Assembly: GCA_040260805.1 (NCBI GenBank) | Contig: JBDQPD010000005.1 | Location: 1-61,291, forward strand | Direction of reading: 5' to 3' | DNA: 61,291 nt | Source of the DNA: Myxococcota bacterium | Lineage (GTDB): Bacteria > Myxococcota > UBA4151 | Shown here: in pieces, positions 9,992 to 18,089 of the stretch | Numbering within the stretch: position 1 is the stretch's first letter | How the letters are laid out: each line of letters opens with the position of its first letter | Notes under the pieces: generated by a model | Seen by the model: only the letters and a program-made list of their open reading frames with translations | Told to the model about the DNA's origin: nothing | Databases searched by the model: none | Program-made: the position numbers and the translations under genes

Positions 9992-10691
9992 GCCATTGAT
10001 CGTCTTTGGTCTTACCACCTTTGATCACATCAAGCTTCGGTTGCCGCTTTTTCTTCATCTGTCGACGCAGCGAGGCGAGCCGCGCTTTTTGCCGCCATCT
10101 TTTGGGATTAATCCCGCCAGTGATCAGCGCCCAACCGGTCACCATACCGCCTAGATGAGCCGCTGAGCTGCTTGCGCCGCCTGGACTGACCGCCAATAGA
10201 ATCTCAAAACCCACCGAAAGATAGAGTAGTTGCTTTCCGGTAAGCGGTATAATCCCAAACAAGCGAATGGTTCGCCGTGCGTGGATGAGCGACCAGCAAA
10301 CCAGCAAGCCAAGTCCGCCAGCGCTTGCGCCGATGACGGGATTTGATGGTGATAATCCGACCAGAGCCGATAAGGTAGCGAGCACGCCGCCGCCGACGAT
10401 GCAAAGCGCCGTTAGGGTCAATAGGCGCTTGCCTCCAAACTGTTGCTCGATGTCCAAGCCAAAGAAATAGAACAAGAGCAGGTTGCCGATCAGATGGCCG
10501 ACCCCTTCGTGCAGCAGACCGTAGCTGAACAAGCGCCAGAGTTCGCCGCCGACGACCGCGCTGGGCTGCAGATCAAGATGGGTGATGAGCACCCCTGCGC
10601 CCATGCGAGCACCCAGCATAGAGACGATGTAGCCTCCGCACAGTCCGATCAGGATCTTACGCAGCATCGGCGTTGGAGGCGGGAAAACCAT
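9984..10691 (-). CDS. Rhomboid family intramembrane serine protease
   Basis: WRLFSYGLLH, HLIGN, GASAG, AHLGG; start moved to ATG 10691. Confidence 0.93.
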   Translation of the reverse strand: MVFPPPTPMLRKILIGLCGGYIVSMLGARMGAGVLITHLDLQPSAVVGGELWRLFSYGLLHEGVGHLIGNLLLFYFFGLDIEQQFGGKRLLTLTALCIVGGGVLATLSALVGLSPSNPVIGASAGGLGLLVCWSLIHARRTIRLFGIIPLTGKQLLYLSVGFEILLAVSPGGASSSAAHLGGMVTGWALITGGINPKRWRQKARLASLRRQMKKKRQPKLDVIKGGKTKDDQWLN

Positions 10692-10693
10692 CG

Positions 10694-11938
10694 CTATTTG
10701 GAGCGCACGCAACCGCTGCTGGCTGCATCGAGCCATTGCTTTGCGGGCGCTTTGACTGGCGCCTCGACCCAAGCCAGGCACCGGCCGACCTGTCTCCAGG
10801 TCAGTACGTAGCCATCACTCACCGTCGAGCCTGAAGCGTTGATGGTTGGGGGCTTGGAGTACCGATGGGCAAAACTCGTCTGCAGGAGCTCTCGGTAGCG
10901 TTTGGCTGCTGCTGCATCGTCTGTAGCCACTGCGGCGACAAACGCAGAGGATTTACCTTTGATCAAAAAGGCGTAGCGATCACCGCCCCAACCGTTGGCG
11001 AGCTTCTTGGCAAGCTGGTCGCGTTGCCCCAGTGGAGACACGAGGAATCGCATCCCGAGCTCGCCAAGGCGGTTGCGCAGAGCCACTTTATAGCCGCCCA
11101 AGTCTGAACCTTTGAGCGCAAACTCAACCCGGACCGGTTTGTCGTTTGGGTAACGCTCAGGGTGCAGCAACTGCTCGGTACTCACCGGCGGTTTGCGATG
11201 CAGTTTATCGACATCGCTAAAGCCTGACTTTGCCATCGCTTGCATGAGCAGCTTGAGCGCTCCGACATAGGGAAAGGTCAGCCCTTGACGCATATAATGC
11301 GGGACATGTCGCGCCGTGAGTGTAGGGCCATTGGTGATTTTATCGGCCATATCGTCGACCGTTTTTTGCAGCGCCTTCATATCGAGACCTTGCATCATAT
11401 GAACGACCATCGTGATGGTTGCGTCGCCCTCGATCACGGCGCTGCGCGCAATGGTCGCGTCATCATTGTCTGGAATTCTTTTGAGCGCCGAGCGCAGACC
11501 GAAGTGCTGATGCTGGAGCGCGTGAGTGAGCTCGTGGGCAATAATCGGTCGCTGCATGATGGTGGCGAGCCATGAGGCCAGCACGAAGCGATCTTTATGA
11601 GGGTCAAAATACCCAGCGACTTGAGCGGTCACGAAGTCTTGCAGGGTGCCGCGGTAGTCGAGTTGTTGAGGAATCAAGCCGAGATGTTTGAGCAGCGAAG
11701 CCTCGCGCTCAAGCGCCTGGCCTGGGTATTCCTCGGCTATGCGCTTACCGACATAGGCTAGAATCTGTTCTCGGCTGTGACTAACCGCTGGCACTTTTCG
11801 CAAGACCTTCAGGTTGCGCAGAGCGCTCACCTCTTCAAGAATCCCATCGACGAGTTGCTGGTCGGCGCTACCAGCAACTTGTGCCGGTGACCCTATAAGC
11901 AATTGCAAAGCTAGGCTAAGTGGCAGTAAAAAGGTCAT
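10694..11938 (-). CDS. Secreted putative zinc metallopeptidase
   Basis: Signal peptide; AGYFDP, HELTHALQ, downstream EGDA, FPY..G, PVSTEQLLHPERY, GWGGD. Confidence 0.8.
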   Translation of the reverse strand: MTFLLPLSLALQLLIGSPAQVAGSADQQLVDGILEEVSALRNLKVLRKVPAVSHSREQILAYVGKRIAEEYPGQALEREASLLKHLGLIPQQLDYRGTLQDFVTAQVAGYFDPHKDRFVLASWLATIMQRPIIAHELTHALQHQHFGLRSALKRIPDNDDATIARSAVIEGDATITMVVHMMQGLDMKALQKTVDDMADKITNGPTLTARHVPHYMRQGLTFPYVGALKLLMQAMAKSGFSDVDKLHRKPPVSTEQLLHPERYPNDKPVRVEFALKGSDLGGYKVALRNRLGELGMRFLVSPLGQRDQLAKKLANGWGGDRYAFLIKGKSSAFVAAVATDDAAAAKRYRELLQTSFAHRYSKPPTINASGSTVSDGYVLTWRQVGRCLAWVEAPVKAPAKQWLDAASSGCVRSK

Positions 11939-12024
11939 GATGATGCAGCGCCTTTCCCGACTAGCTCTTTCTTCGGCACAGTCGTGGGTTAGGATAAGAC
12001 GCCTGCTGCGTGAAAGGGATTTCA

Positions 12025-12852
12025 ATGCGCGCTATTTTATTTGCCTCTTGTTTGATGACGGCCTGTGCGTCAGCACCGATCGCAGGGCCTGACCTAGCCG
12101 GGGTTCGTATCTATCCGAAATCGAGCATCGAGATCGGAAAGAGCAGCTTTAAAGCAGGCTCGGGCACCTTGAATCTGCAGATCGACAACCGCAGTAATGA
12201 CGAGGTTAAAGTGGGCGCATTCAAGGTGATGATCAGTGATACCGAGGGCTCTGCCTTTGCACCGATCCAAGGCTCGGGTGATGGCGGGGGCGAAGTTTTA
12301 GGTGCCTCGGAAGGGATGGTCGTACCGATTGCGATCAAGTGGGAGTGGCCAGCCGGGGAAGCTGAGATGCTTTCAGTGGTCGAGCGAAAGTTGATCAAGC
12401 TGCGTGTCGAAGGGTCGGCCAAAATTGGTGGCCAGGACGCAGCGATTGGTGCGCCGACCAGCGTCGGCACACCCGTGTTGCCGATCATCACGGTCCGTCA
12501 CGTAGAAGCGACCCGTGAAGGCGATCTCTCGAGCGCCGATCTAGGGTTTCGATTTGAAGTACGAAACGACAACTTTTTCTCGGTCAAAATCAGCGCTCTC
12601 TCCGTGACCTTAAATGTCGAGGGAGTGGAGATGGCGGCTGATCAGGTGCTGACGAATGGGGACCGCGTGGGTGCCAACCAAAGCATCATCCTTGAATTGC
12701 CAGTGACTATGGATCGAGAGACGCACCCGAAGACTCTACGTCAGCTGCTGCGGCGCGGTAACTTGAGCTACACCGTCAAAGGTAAGGTCAAGTTCCATGG
12801 TATTGAGCAACCCGTCGATATTGCTTCTGAGATTCAGTTTCCGGAGTTGTAG
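12025..12852 (+). CDS. Lipoprotein with two LEA_2/WHy-like domains
   Basis: Lipobox LMTAC; FRFEVRNDNFFSVKISALSV typical of LEA_2; two similar beta-rich halves. Confidence 0.75.
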   Translation: MRAILFASCLMTACASAPIAGPDLAGVRIYPKSSIEIGKSSFKAGSGTLNLQIDNRSNDEVKVGAFKVMISDTEGSAFAPIQGSGDGGGEVLGASEGMVVPIAIKWEWPAGEAEMLSVVERKLIKLRVEGSAKIGGQDAAIGAPTSVGTPVLPIITVRHVEATREGDLSSADLGFRFEVRNDNFFSVKISALSVTLNVEGVEMAADQVLTNGDRVGANQSIILELPVTMDRETHPKTLRQLLRRGNLSYTVKGKVKFHGIEQPVDIASEIQFPEL

Positions 12853-15180
12853 GTTATCCTCACGCTGCTGGCTGCTGTTGGTCTGACGCTGCTTCCGGAC
12901 CCGCCTCAGGCGGGACGCCAACTCGAAGTCCGCGTTCCGCTCGGTGTCGGTAACTTTCAGAGCGCTTCTCTACGCATCTGTCATGAGGTCGGGGTACCCA
13001 TCGCCGAAGTGCTTTTGGTCCGCGGTCAAAGCGGCAGCTGGGTGGGTGTCATTGATGGGCGCTTGGTCAAGGGCCCCCGGATAGGCTTGTGGATTCGCGT
13101 GCGTCAAGGCGGCGCCTACCGAGGGGTTTTGGGGAGCGTGGATGATCCAATTTGGATCGAAATCGGTGAGCCGGTTCTCGATGTGACGCCGTCGCAGCGA
13201 AAAGGGGGCGCTGGTTTGTCGCACGTCCAGCGCGCCAATAAGCGACCCAATTTCGGCTTCACCGACTATTCGCCAACCATCGCAATGGCCTTAGCCATTG
13301 ATCGCATGGCCGATCGCTTCTCCCGACGTCGTCAGGACGGTCGGCTGACCTTGATCGATCAAGGTCGGGTTTCCGATCGTTACGAGACCATCCGGCTCGA
13401 TGGTTTGGATATGGTGGACCCTTACGACGGGAGTTTGGTCGACTGGGTCTATTTAGCGCCTAGCTTTGAGTTGCGTCGGCGGCCGGACGAGCTCGACCTC
13501 AAGCGCCGAGCGCCTCGCGGTTTGGCGGCGCGTGTGACCGGAGGAACTCCGGGTCGAGCGATGGTGCAGTCAAGTTATCGCTTTGGCACCCACCGACTCA
13601 GCTTGGATGGATTAATCGATCTCGTACCCTCTGGGTATTCGGTTGATGAGGACCACAGCAGTGGGTTGCCGAGCTATCACGCGAATCGTAAGATCGACGA
13701 CCGTGGTCGGGGCGTATTGCTCGTCTACCATGGCGATCTGACTGATCGATTTAAGGTGTCGGCCGGTGTGTTGCACCGAGCCGAGGCGGGCTATCTCGGT
13801 ATCTTTGACACCCTAGCTCATGGCGAGTGGCGTCAGCGCAATGCGGCTTTATTCAGTGTCCTGAGACGTCCTGCTGAGTCGGCTCAGACTCAAGCAGCGC
13901 TCCAGCTGAATTTAGGATTTTGGAATCACGACGACCAACGCGAACTCGCCGGTCCCGGGTTGGTGCTGCGCGATGCGGACGCTGATGGAAACGACGAGCA
14001 ATTCCCCAGCGGGGTTTTGTTCACGCACCAGCAGAACCTTTGGAACGCAAAGGTCGGGCTTGAGATCCTGCAGCGCTTCGCTGCTTTTCGTGTAGGAGTT
14101 GGAATTGACGCAATGGCTGCGGGGATGCTGTCGGGCAGCGTTGACACCAACCGGGGTGAGTCTGGTGTGGCTTTAGGGGGGTTGCGCAGCCACCCGTTTC
14201 TTGGCGACCGAGGCCGGTTTATCGATGGCTTTGGCCAGACTTCATTGGTGGCTAAGTTTCTCGAGGGTCCCTGGCGCGTTCAGGGGCACTTCGGCGGGGT
14301 CTTGGCGCAGCGGGGCGAGCGCTTGTGGTCGGGGCATTTGCAGGTCGCCAATCAGAGCCCTGGCCGGCGACTAGCGGTTCGGGTCTGGTCTAAACCTCAA
14401 CTCCGCTTCCTCGATCGACACCTGGCACCCGAGGGCTATCTCGCTCAAGGTTTGAGTGACTCGATGCCTTACGGTCGAGCCTTGATCGATTCAAACGAAG
14501 GCTTGCCTGCACCCTATTCAGAAGGGGTGCGCTTTGACACCTCGGTCCGTACGGCGCGCAGCTCAGGTTTGTGGCTCTACGGACTCGATCTTGGAGTCGA
14601 AGAGCACGCTCATTCATCCGATGGGGTTGACCGCTCAGGCACAACGTCGCCGATGGTGGACGACGGGTCGACTCGCTCTTGGTGGGTCGGTGGGCGTATG
14701 GATTTTGCAGCATTTAGTGGCTTGAGGTTCCACGGCTCGATCTGGCTGGGGCAAAGTTTTGCTCAAGCGATCTCAGGTCGTGGATTGGATGCGCCCGACC
14801 TGGATCAGCCCTGGATCACTTTGGATGAGGCGCCGACCTGGCGTTGGCGCAATACGATTGCGCAGGTCATCGACACCCGGTGGATGACGGGTGGGGGACT
14901 CCAAGCCATGAGTCCAATGAGCAACTCAGACCGCAGCGCTTTGTCGACATTGCATCGCTTTGAGCTGCCCGCTCAGGTGCGAATTGATGCATGGATTCGC
15001 TACCAGTACCGACAATTCGGCATTACGCTTCGGGGAGATAACATGATGTCACCGTATCTCCTTGCTCCTGTGCCGCGCCCAGACCGAGTGCCCGGTCTGC
15101 TCCCTGTGAGCCCACGACGTGTGATGCTTTCTGTCGAGTGGAGTCCTCAGGGGCGAGCAGGCCGTTCGAGTCCATTTTAG
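12853..15180 (+). CDS. Divergent TonB-dependent receptor-like outer-membrane beta-barrel (start uncertain)
   Basis: Plug-like LDGLDMVDPYDG, alternating beta strands, C-terminal GDNM..P...PRRVMLSVEW. Frame is open from 12853 with a signal-like VILTLLAAVGLTLL; the first canonical start is GTG 13009. Confidence 0.6.
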   Translation, partial: VILTLLAAVGLTLLPDPPQAGRQLEVRVPLGVGNFQSASLRICHEVGVPIAEVLLVRGQSGSWVGVIDGRLVKGPRIGLWIRVRQGGAYRGVLGSVDDPIWIEIGEPVLDVTPSQRKGGAGLSHVQRANKRPNFGFTDYSPTIAMALAIDRMADRFSRRRQDGRLTLIDQGRVSDRYETIRLDGLDMVDPYDGSLVDWVYLAPSFELRRRPDELDLKRRAPRGLAARVTGGTPGRAMVQSSYRFGTHRLSLDGLIDLVPSGYSVDEDHSSGLPSYHANRKIDDRGRGVLLVYHGDLTDRFKVSAGVLHRAEAGYLGIFDTLAHGEWRQRNAALFSVLRRPAESAQTQAALQLNLGFWNHDDQRELAGPGLVLRDADADGNDEQFPSGVLFTHQQNLWNAKVGLEILQRFAAFRVGVGIDAMAAGMLSGSVDTNRGESGVALGGLRSHPFLGDRGRFIDGFGQTSLVAKFLEGPWRVQGHFGGVLAQRGERLWSGHLQVANQSPGRRLAVRVWSKPQLRFLDRHLAPEGYLAQGLSDSMPYGRALIDSNEGLPAPYSEGVRFDTSVRTARSSGLWLYGLDLGVEEHAHSSDGVDRSGTTSPMVDDGSTRSWWVGGRMDFAAFSGLRFHGSIWLGQSFAQAISGRGLDAPDLDQPWITLDEAPTWRWRNTIAQVIDTRWMTGGGLQAMSPMSNSDRSALSTLHRFELPAQVRIDAWIRYQYRQFGITLRGDNMMSPYLLAPVPRPDRVPGLLPVSPRRVMLSVEWSPQGRAGRSSPF

Positions 15181-15198
15181 AACCAACGAGCCATTTAT

Positions 15199-15227
15199 TT
15201 GGGTTGTGGCGACTTGGCACCTACCAT
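15199..15227 (+). promoter_or_regulatory. Candidate sigma70-type promoter of the small TIGR04563-like gene
   Basis: TTGGGT-17 nt-TACCAT, then hairpin GGGGTG-TTT-CACCCC and an AGGAGG RBS. Confidence 0.4.
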
Positions 15228-15266
15228 GGAGGTGTTCAGGGGTGTTTCACCCCCGCAGGAGGTCGC

Positions 15267-15431
15267 ATGGCGGACCAGCACCGCAAGGTAAAACAAAGTG
15301 TCTATTTGCCTGAAGAAATGCTCGCACAGCTTCGTCTCGAAGCGGATCGTCTTGAGCGCCCGTTGAGTTGGGTTCTTCATCGGGCTTGGCGAATTGCCTC
15401 GCCGTCGATCGAAGCCATCCCCGACGCCTGA
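15267..15431 (+). CDS. TIGR04563 (MXAN_4361/4362)-like small ribbon-helix-helix DNA-binding protein
   Basis: KQSVYLPEEMLAQLRLEADRLERPLSWVLHRAWRIA matches the family pattern KQSLYFPEDML..I..EA.RQDRSLSW.VQ.AW as recalled; AGGAGG RBS. Confidence 0.85.
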   Translation: MADQHRKVKQSVYLPEEMLAQLRLEADRLERPLSWVLHRAWRIASPSIEAIPDA

Positions 15432-15434
15432 TCG

Positions 15435-16349
15435 CTACTGGATCTGCAGTGTGAGGGTCCCGGTGCTTTCGGTTTGAGTGAGCAGATACCAAGTGGCTGC
15501 TCCACCCAAAGCGCTGACTCCAACCCCTCCAGCGATCCAGCCCCAGGGCAGCGCTGTGTGTCGTTTCGGTCGGTCACTGCTCAGCTTGATAGGTGCCGCT
15601 CGACGCGCCTCGCGGCATCCCAATGTGCGATCGATCATCACCGGGAAATCGCCTTTGATACGCAGGTCGTCGAGATTCAGCGATACTTCAGAGCGACCCT
15701 TCTTGAGCACGATGCTGCCCCTGATCGTGAGATCACTCTTGGGCATGCAGGTCTGCTCGGCCTCGCCTCTAAGTTTCATCGACGCGTCACCTTGATGTAA
15801 GAGGTAGCGTCCGGGCTCTAAGCCTACAAGCTCACCGCAGTTGTTGGCATTGAGCCGCATGGTTTCGAGCCTGAACTGTGTGCCGGTGACTTGGTCGAAG
15901 GTCATGGTGAGTGAGCAACCCGTTTCGAGCGTGATCGTGATTTGAGCCTGCCCTATGCATCCCTCATCGCCCTCGGTCAGTTGAACCTGCGCTTCGAGCC
16001 CGTGCAGGTCGAGACTGCGCGCTCGGTCCAGATCCGCCTGAAGATACCCCTCACTACGGGGCGCAAAACTGCACGATGGTGCAGGAGGCACAGCCACCAA
16101 GCTTGGGTTTGCTCGGGTTGGCTGTGGGTCTTCTTCACCTTCGGGCATTTCATCCAAAAACTCAGCTCGGGTTCTGATCGGCTGGCTGGGTTCTTCCTCG
16201 CCCTCTGGCATCACATCATCACCCTCGGGCATCTCATCTTCGCCTTCTGGCATGTCGTCCGATGCGATGATCGGAAGATGAGCGAAGGCTGGCGCGCCCG
16301 GGGTGATCGACAAGGCGAAGACACAGAGCAGGGGCAGCAGCTTATGCAT
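15435..16349 (-). CDS. Secreted protein with acidic MPEG repeats and a C-terminal hydrophobic segment
   Basis: Signal peptide (AFA), DxMPEG repeats, Cys-containing beta domain, WGWIAGGVGVSALGGAATWYLL near the C-terminus. Confidence 0.7.
   Translation of the reverse strand: MHKLLPLLCVFALSITPGAPAFAHLPIIASDDMPEGEDEMPEGDDVMPEGEEEPSQPIRTRAEFLDEMPEGEEDPQPTRANPSLVAVPPAPSCSFAPRSEGYLQADLDRARSLDLHGLEAQVQLTEGDEGCIGQAQITITLETGCSLTMTFDQVTGTQFRLETMRLNANNCGELVGLEPGRYLLHQGDASMKLRGEAEQTCMPKSDLTIRGSIVLKKGRSEVSLNLDDLRIKGDFPVMIDRTLGCREARRAAPIKLSSDRPKRHTALPWGWIAGGVGVSALGGAATWYLLTQTESTGTLTLQIQ
16128..16259 (-). repeat. Four xxMPEG(E/D) peptide repeats, three in tandem at a 21-nt period
   Basis: DDMPEGE DEMPEGD DVMPEGE ... 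DEMPEGE with synonymously diverged codons. Confidence 0.85.
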
Positions 16350-17914
16350 CAGTGATCCTCCGCAGAAGCAAACACCGCAGCTCCTGCTAAGGTCGAAAGA
16401 CCACCATCACAGGCTCCGCAGGCTTCGGCTCCACCGGCGACCAGTGCCTGGTTAGCGCCCGCTGCGGTCGCCGTGAGCGCTCCTGATAATCCGGGGAGCT
16501 GTGCGGCGGGCGAAAAGGTCTCTGAGTTGTCATCAAATACCGTGTAGCCATGCCGAGCCTCAAGCAGTCCGAGATCGGCAAAGCCCCCACCAATCCAGGC
16601 GCGGTTGCCTTGGCTCATACGAACCGATGAGCCGAAGATCGAAGGAACACCCTCCGGTAAGGTTTTGGACCGAACATGGGTCTCGGTCTCGGCGAGGTAA
16701 TAGTAGCTGTTTTCTCGGTTCGGTGTCTGCAGCGCTCCGTCTCGATAGACCGCTCCGCCGACGATCAAGAAGGTTCCCGTTTTGAGTTCGACGGCGGTGG
16801 CAAAGCTGAGGTTTGCCTCACTCCCCCAGCGTTCTGTGTCTGCAAGGCGAACGCCTGCGCGCTGAGTCCAGATCTCTGGAACAATCTGTTCGCCTTCAGG
16901 GCAGCGTGTCCCGCCCCAAAGAATGAGTTCGCCCTGGTAGACGAGGGCTTGATGACCGACTCGAGGACAATTTAGCTGCTCCGGAGTCTCGGCTAATCGA
17001 ATGCTGTCTTCGCCAACGGCTAGGCGGAGGACGTCGCTGTGCACACGGCCGTCCTCTGCAAACCCTCCGGCGGCTACCATCACGTCACTCGTAACCGTCG
17101 TCAGGGTGTGGAACGCCCGCTTTCCCCATAAACTATCGTGTTCAATCCATCGTTCATTGCTCGGATCAAAGATCAAGCTGGTGTCTCGAAGCCCACTGCC
17201 TCCAAGATCGATGGTGTGTTCTCCGCCGAGTCGAACTCGGTTGGTCCCGCCTACGATGACGACGCGCCCGCGCCCATCGAGAGCAGCGGCGTGTCCGACG
17301 CGGGCGTTGGGCATCGCCGCAGTCACCACAAAGCTCCCCGTTACAGGATCGTAAATTGTTGCCGACCGTGTGGCGATTCCCCAGCGGCAACCGTCACAAT
17401 CGCCGCTGCTGAAGCTGTCCACCCCTCCGGTGATTAACACGCGGCCATCCGCAAGGCGGGTGGCCACGCTAAGCATCGCGGCCTGCGCCATCGGAGACCG
17501 AGTGCACTGAAGCGTCTCTGCGCGGAGCAACAAGATGCCAGCTCCGGTTCCTTTATCGGCAGCAATATCGACACCTGAGCGCCGCCCCAACCAGCTGTAG
17601 GTACCCGCATCAAAAGCAGCGCTGGACTGGAACCCAGTAAGTCTTAGGTCCCAGTCTTCGCCCGCTGGAATCTCATCGAGTTGAACGCTTCTCGCTGCCG
17701 GCTCGATATCGATTTGTCGCTCGAAGGTGGTTCGCTCGGGATGCCGCATGGTTAAATGGAGCATGGCCACATCCGCAGTGCTGACCGGGTGGGGGCCATC
17801 GCTGCAATTCGTATCCCCTTCGGCCAGCGCTAGCCGGGTAATGACAAGCGCCGTAGGGGTTGCAGGTGAGCACGCAGCGGCTAGTATGCCCATAAATAGA
17901 GCGATTTTTGGCAT
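16349..17914 (-). CDS. Kelch-repeat beta-propeller lipoprotein
   Basis: Lipobox LAAAC; repeated LADGRVLITGG, RVGHAA..VIVGG, RAFHTLT..AAGG, IYDP; start moved to ATG 17914. Confidence 0.85.
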   Translation of the reverse strand: MPKIALFMGILAAACSPATPTALVITRLALAEGDTNCSDGPHPVSTADVAMLHLTMRHPERTTFERQIDIEPAARSVQLDEIPAGEDWDLRLTGFQSSAAFDAGTYSWLGRRSGVDIAADKGTGAGILLLRAETLQCTRSPMAQAAMLSVATRLADGRVLITGGVDSFSSGDCDGCRWGIATRSATIYDPVTGSFVVTAAMPNARVGHAAALDGRGRVVIVGGTNRVRLGGEHTIDLGGSGLRDTSLIFDPSNERWIEHDSLWGKRAFHTLTTVTSDVMVAAGGFAEDGRVHSDVLRLAVGEDSIRLAETPEQLNCPRVGHQALVYQGELILWGGTRCPEGEQIVPEIWTQRAGVRLADTERWGSEANLSFATAVELKTGTFLIVGGAVYRDGALQTPNRENSYYYLAETETHVRSKTLPEGVPSIFGSSVRMSQGNRAWIGGGFADLGLLEARHGYTVFDDNSETFSPAAQLPGLSGALTATAAGANQALVAGGAEACGACDGGLSTLAGAAVFASAEDH

Positions 17915-18089
17915 TTCTGTCCAAGTCGGTCGCACGGTGAGTTCTCCCCTCGCTGCGCGTGCGTGTTAAGCCTCTATGGCTTGGGATGCAAAGACGATCA
18001 TCGGATAGCCGACCGAAAGGCTATGGTCGCTATTGATGGCAGCAGAGGTGCGTGCTAGCCCTCCGCCGCTTCAAAGAAAGGGAATCTGG

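Noticed and set aside
9984-10691. Rhombosortase with GlyGly-CTERM substrates
   Set aside because: Looks like a generic rhomboid; no convincing GlyGly-CTERM or MYXO-CTERM tails on neighbouring proteins
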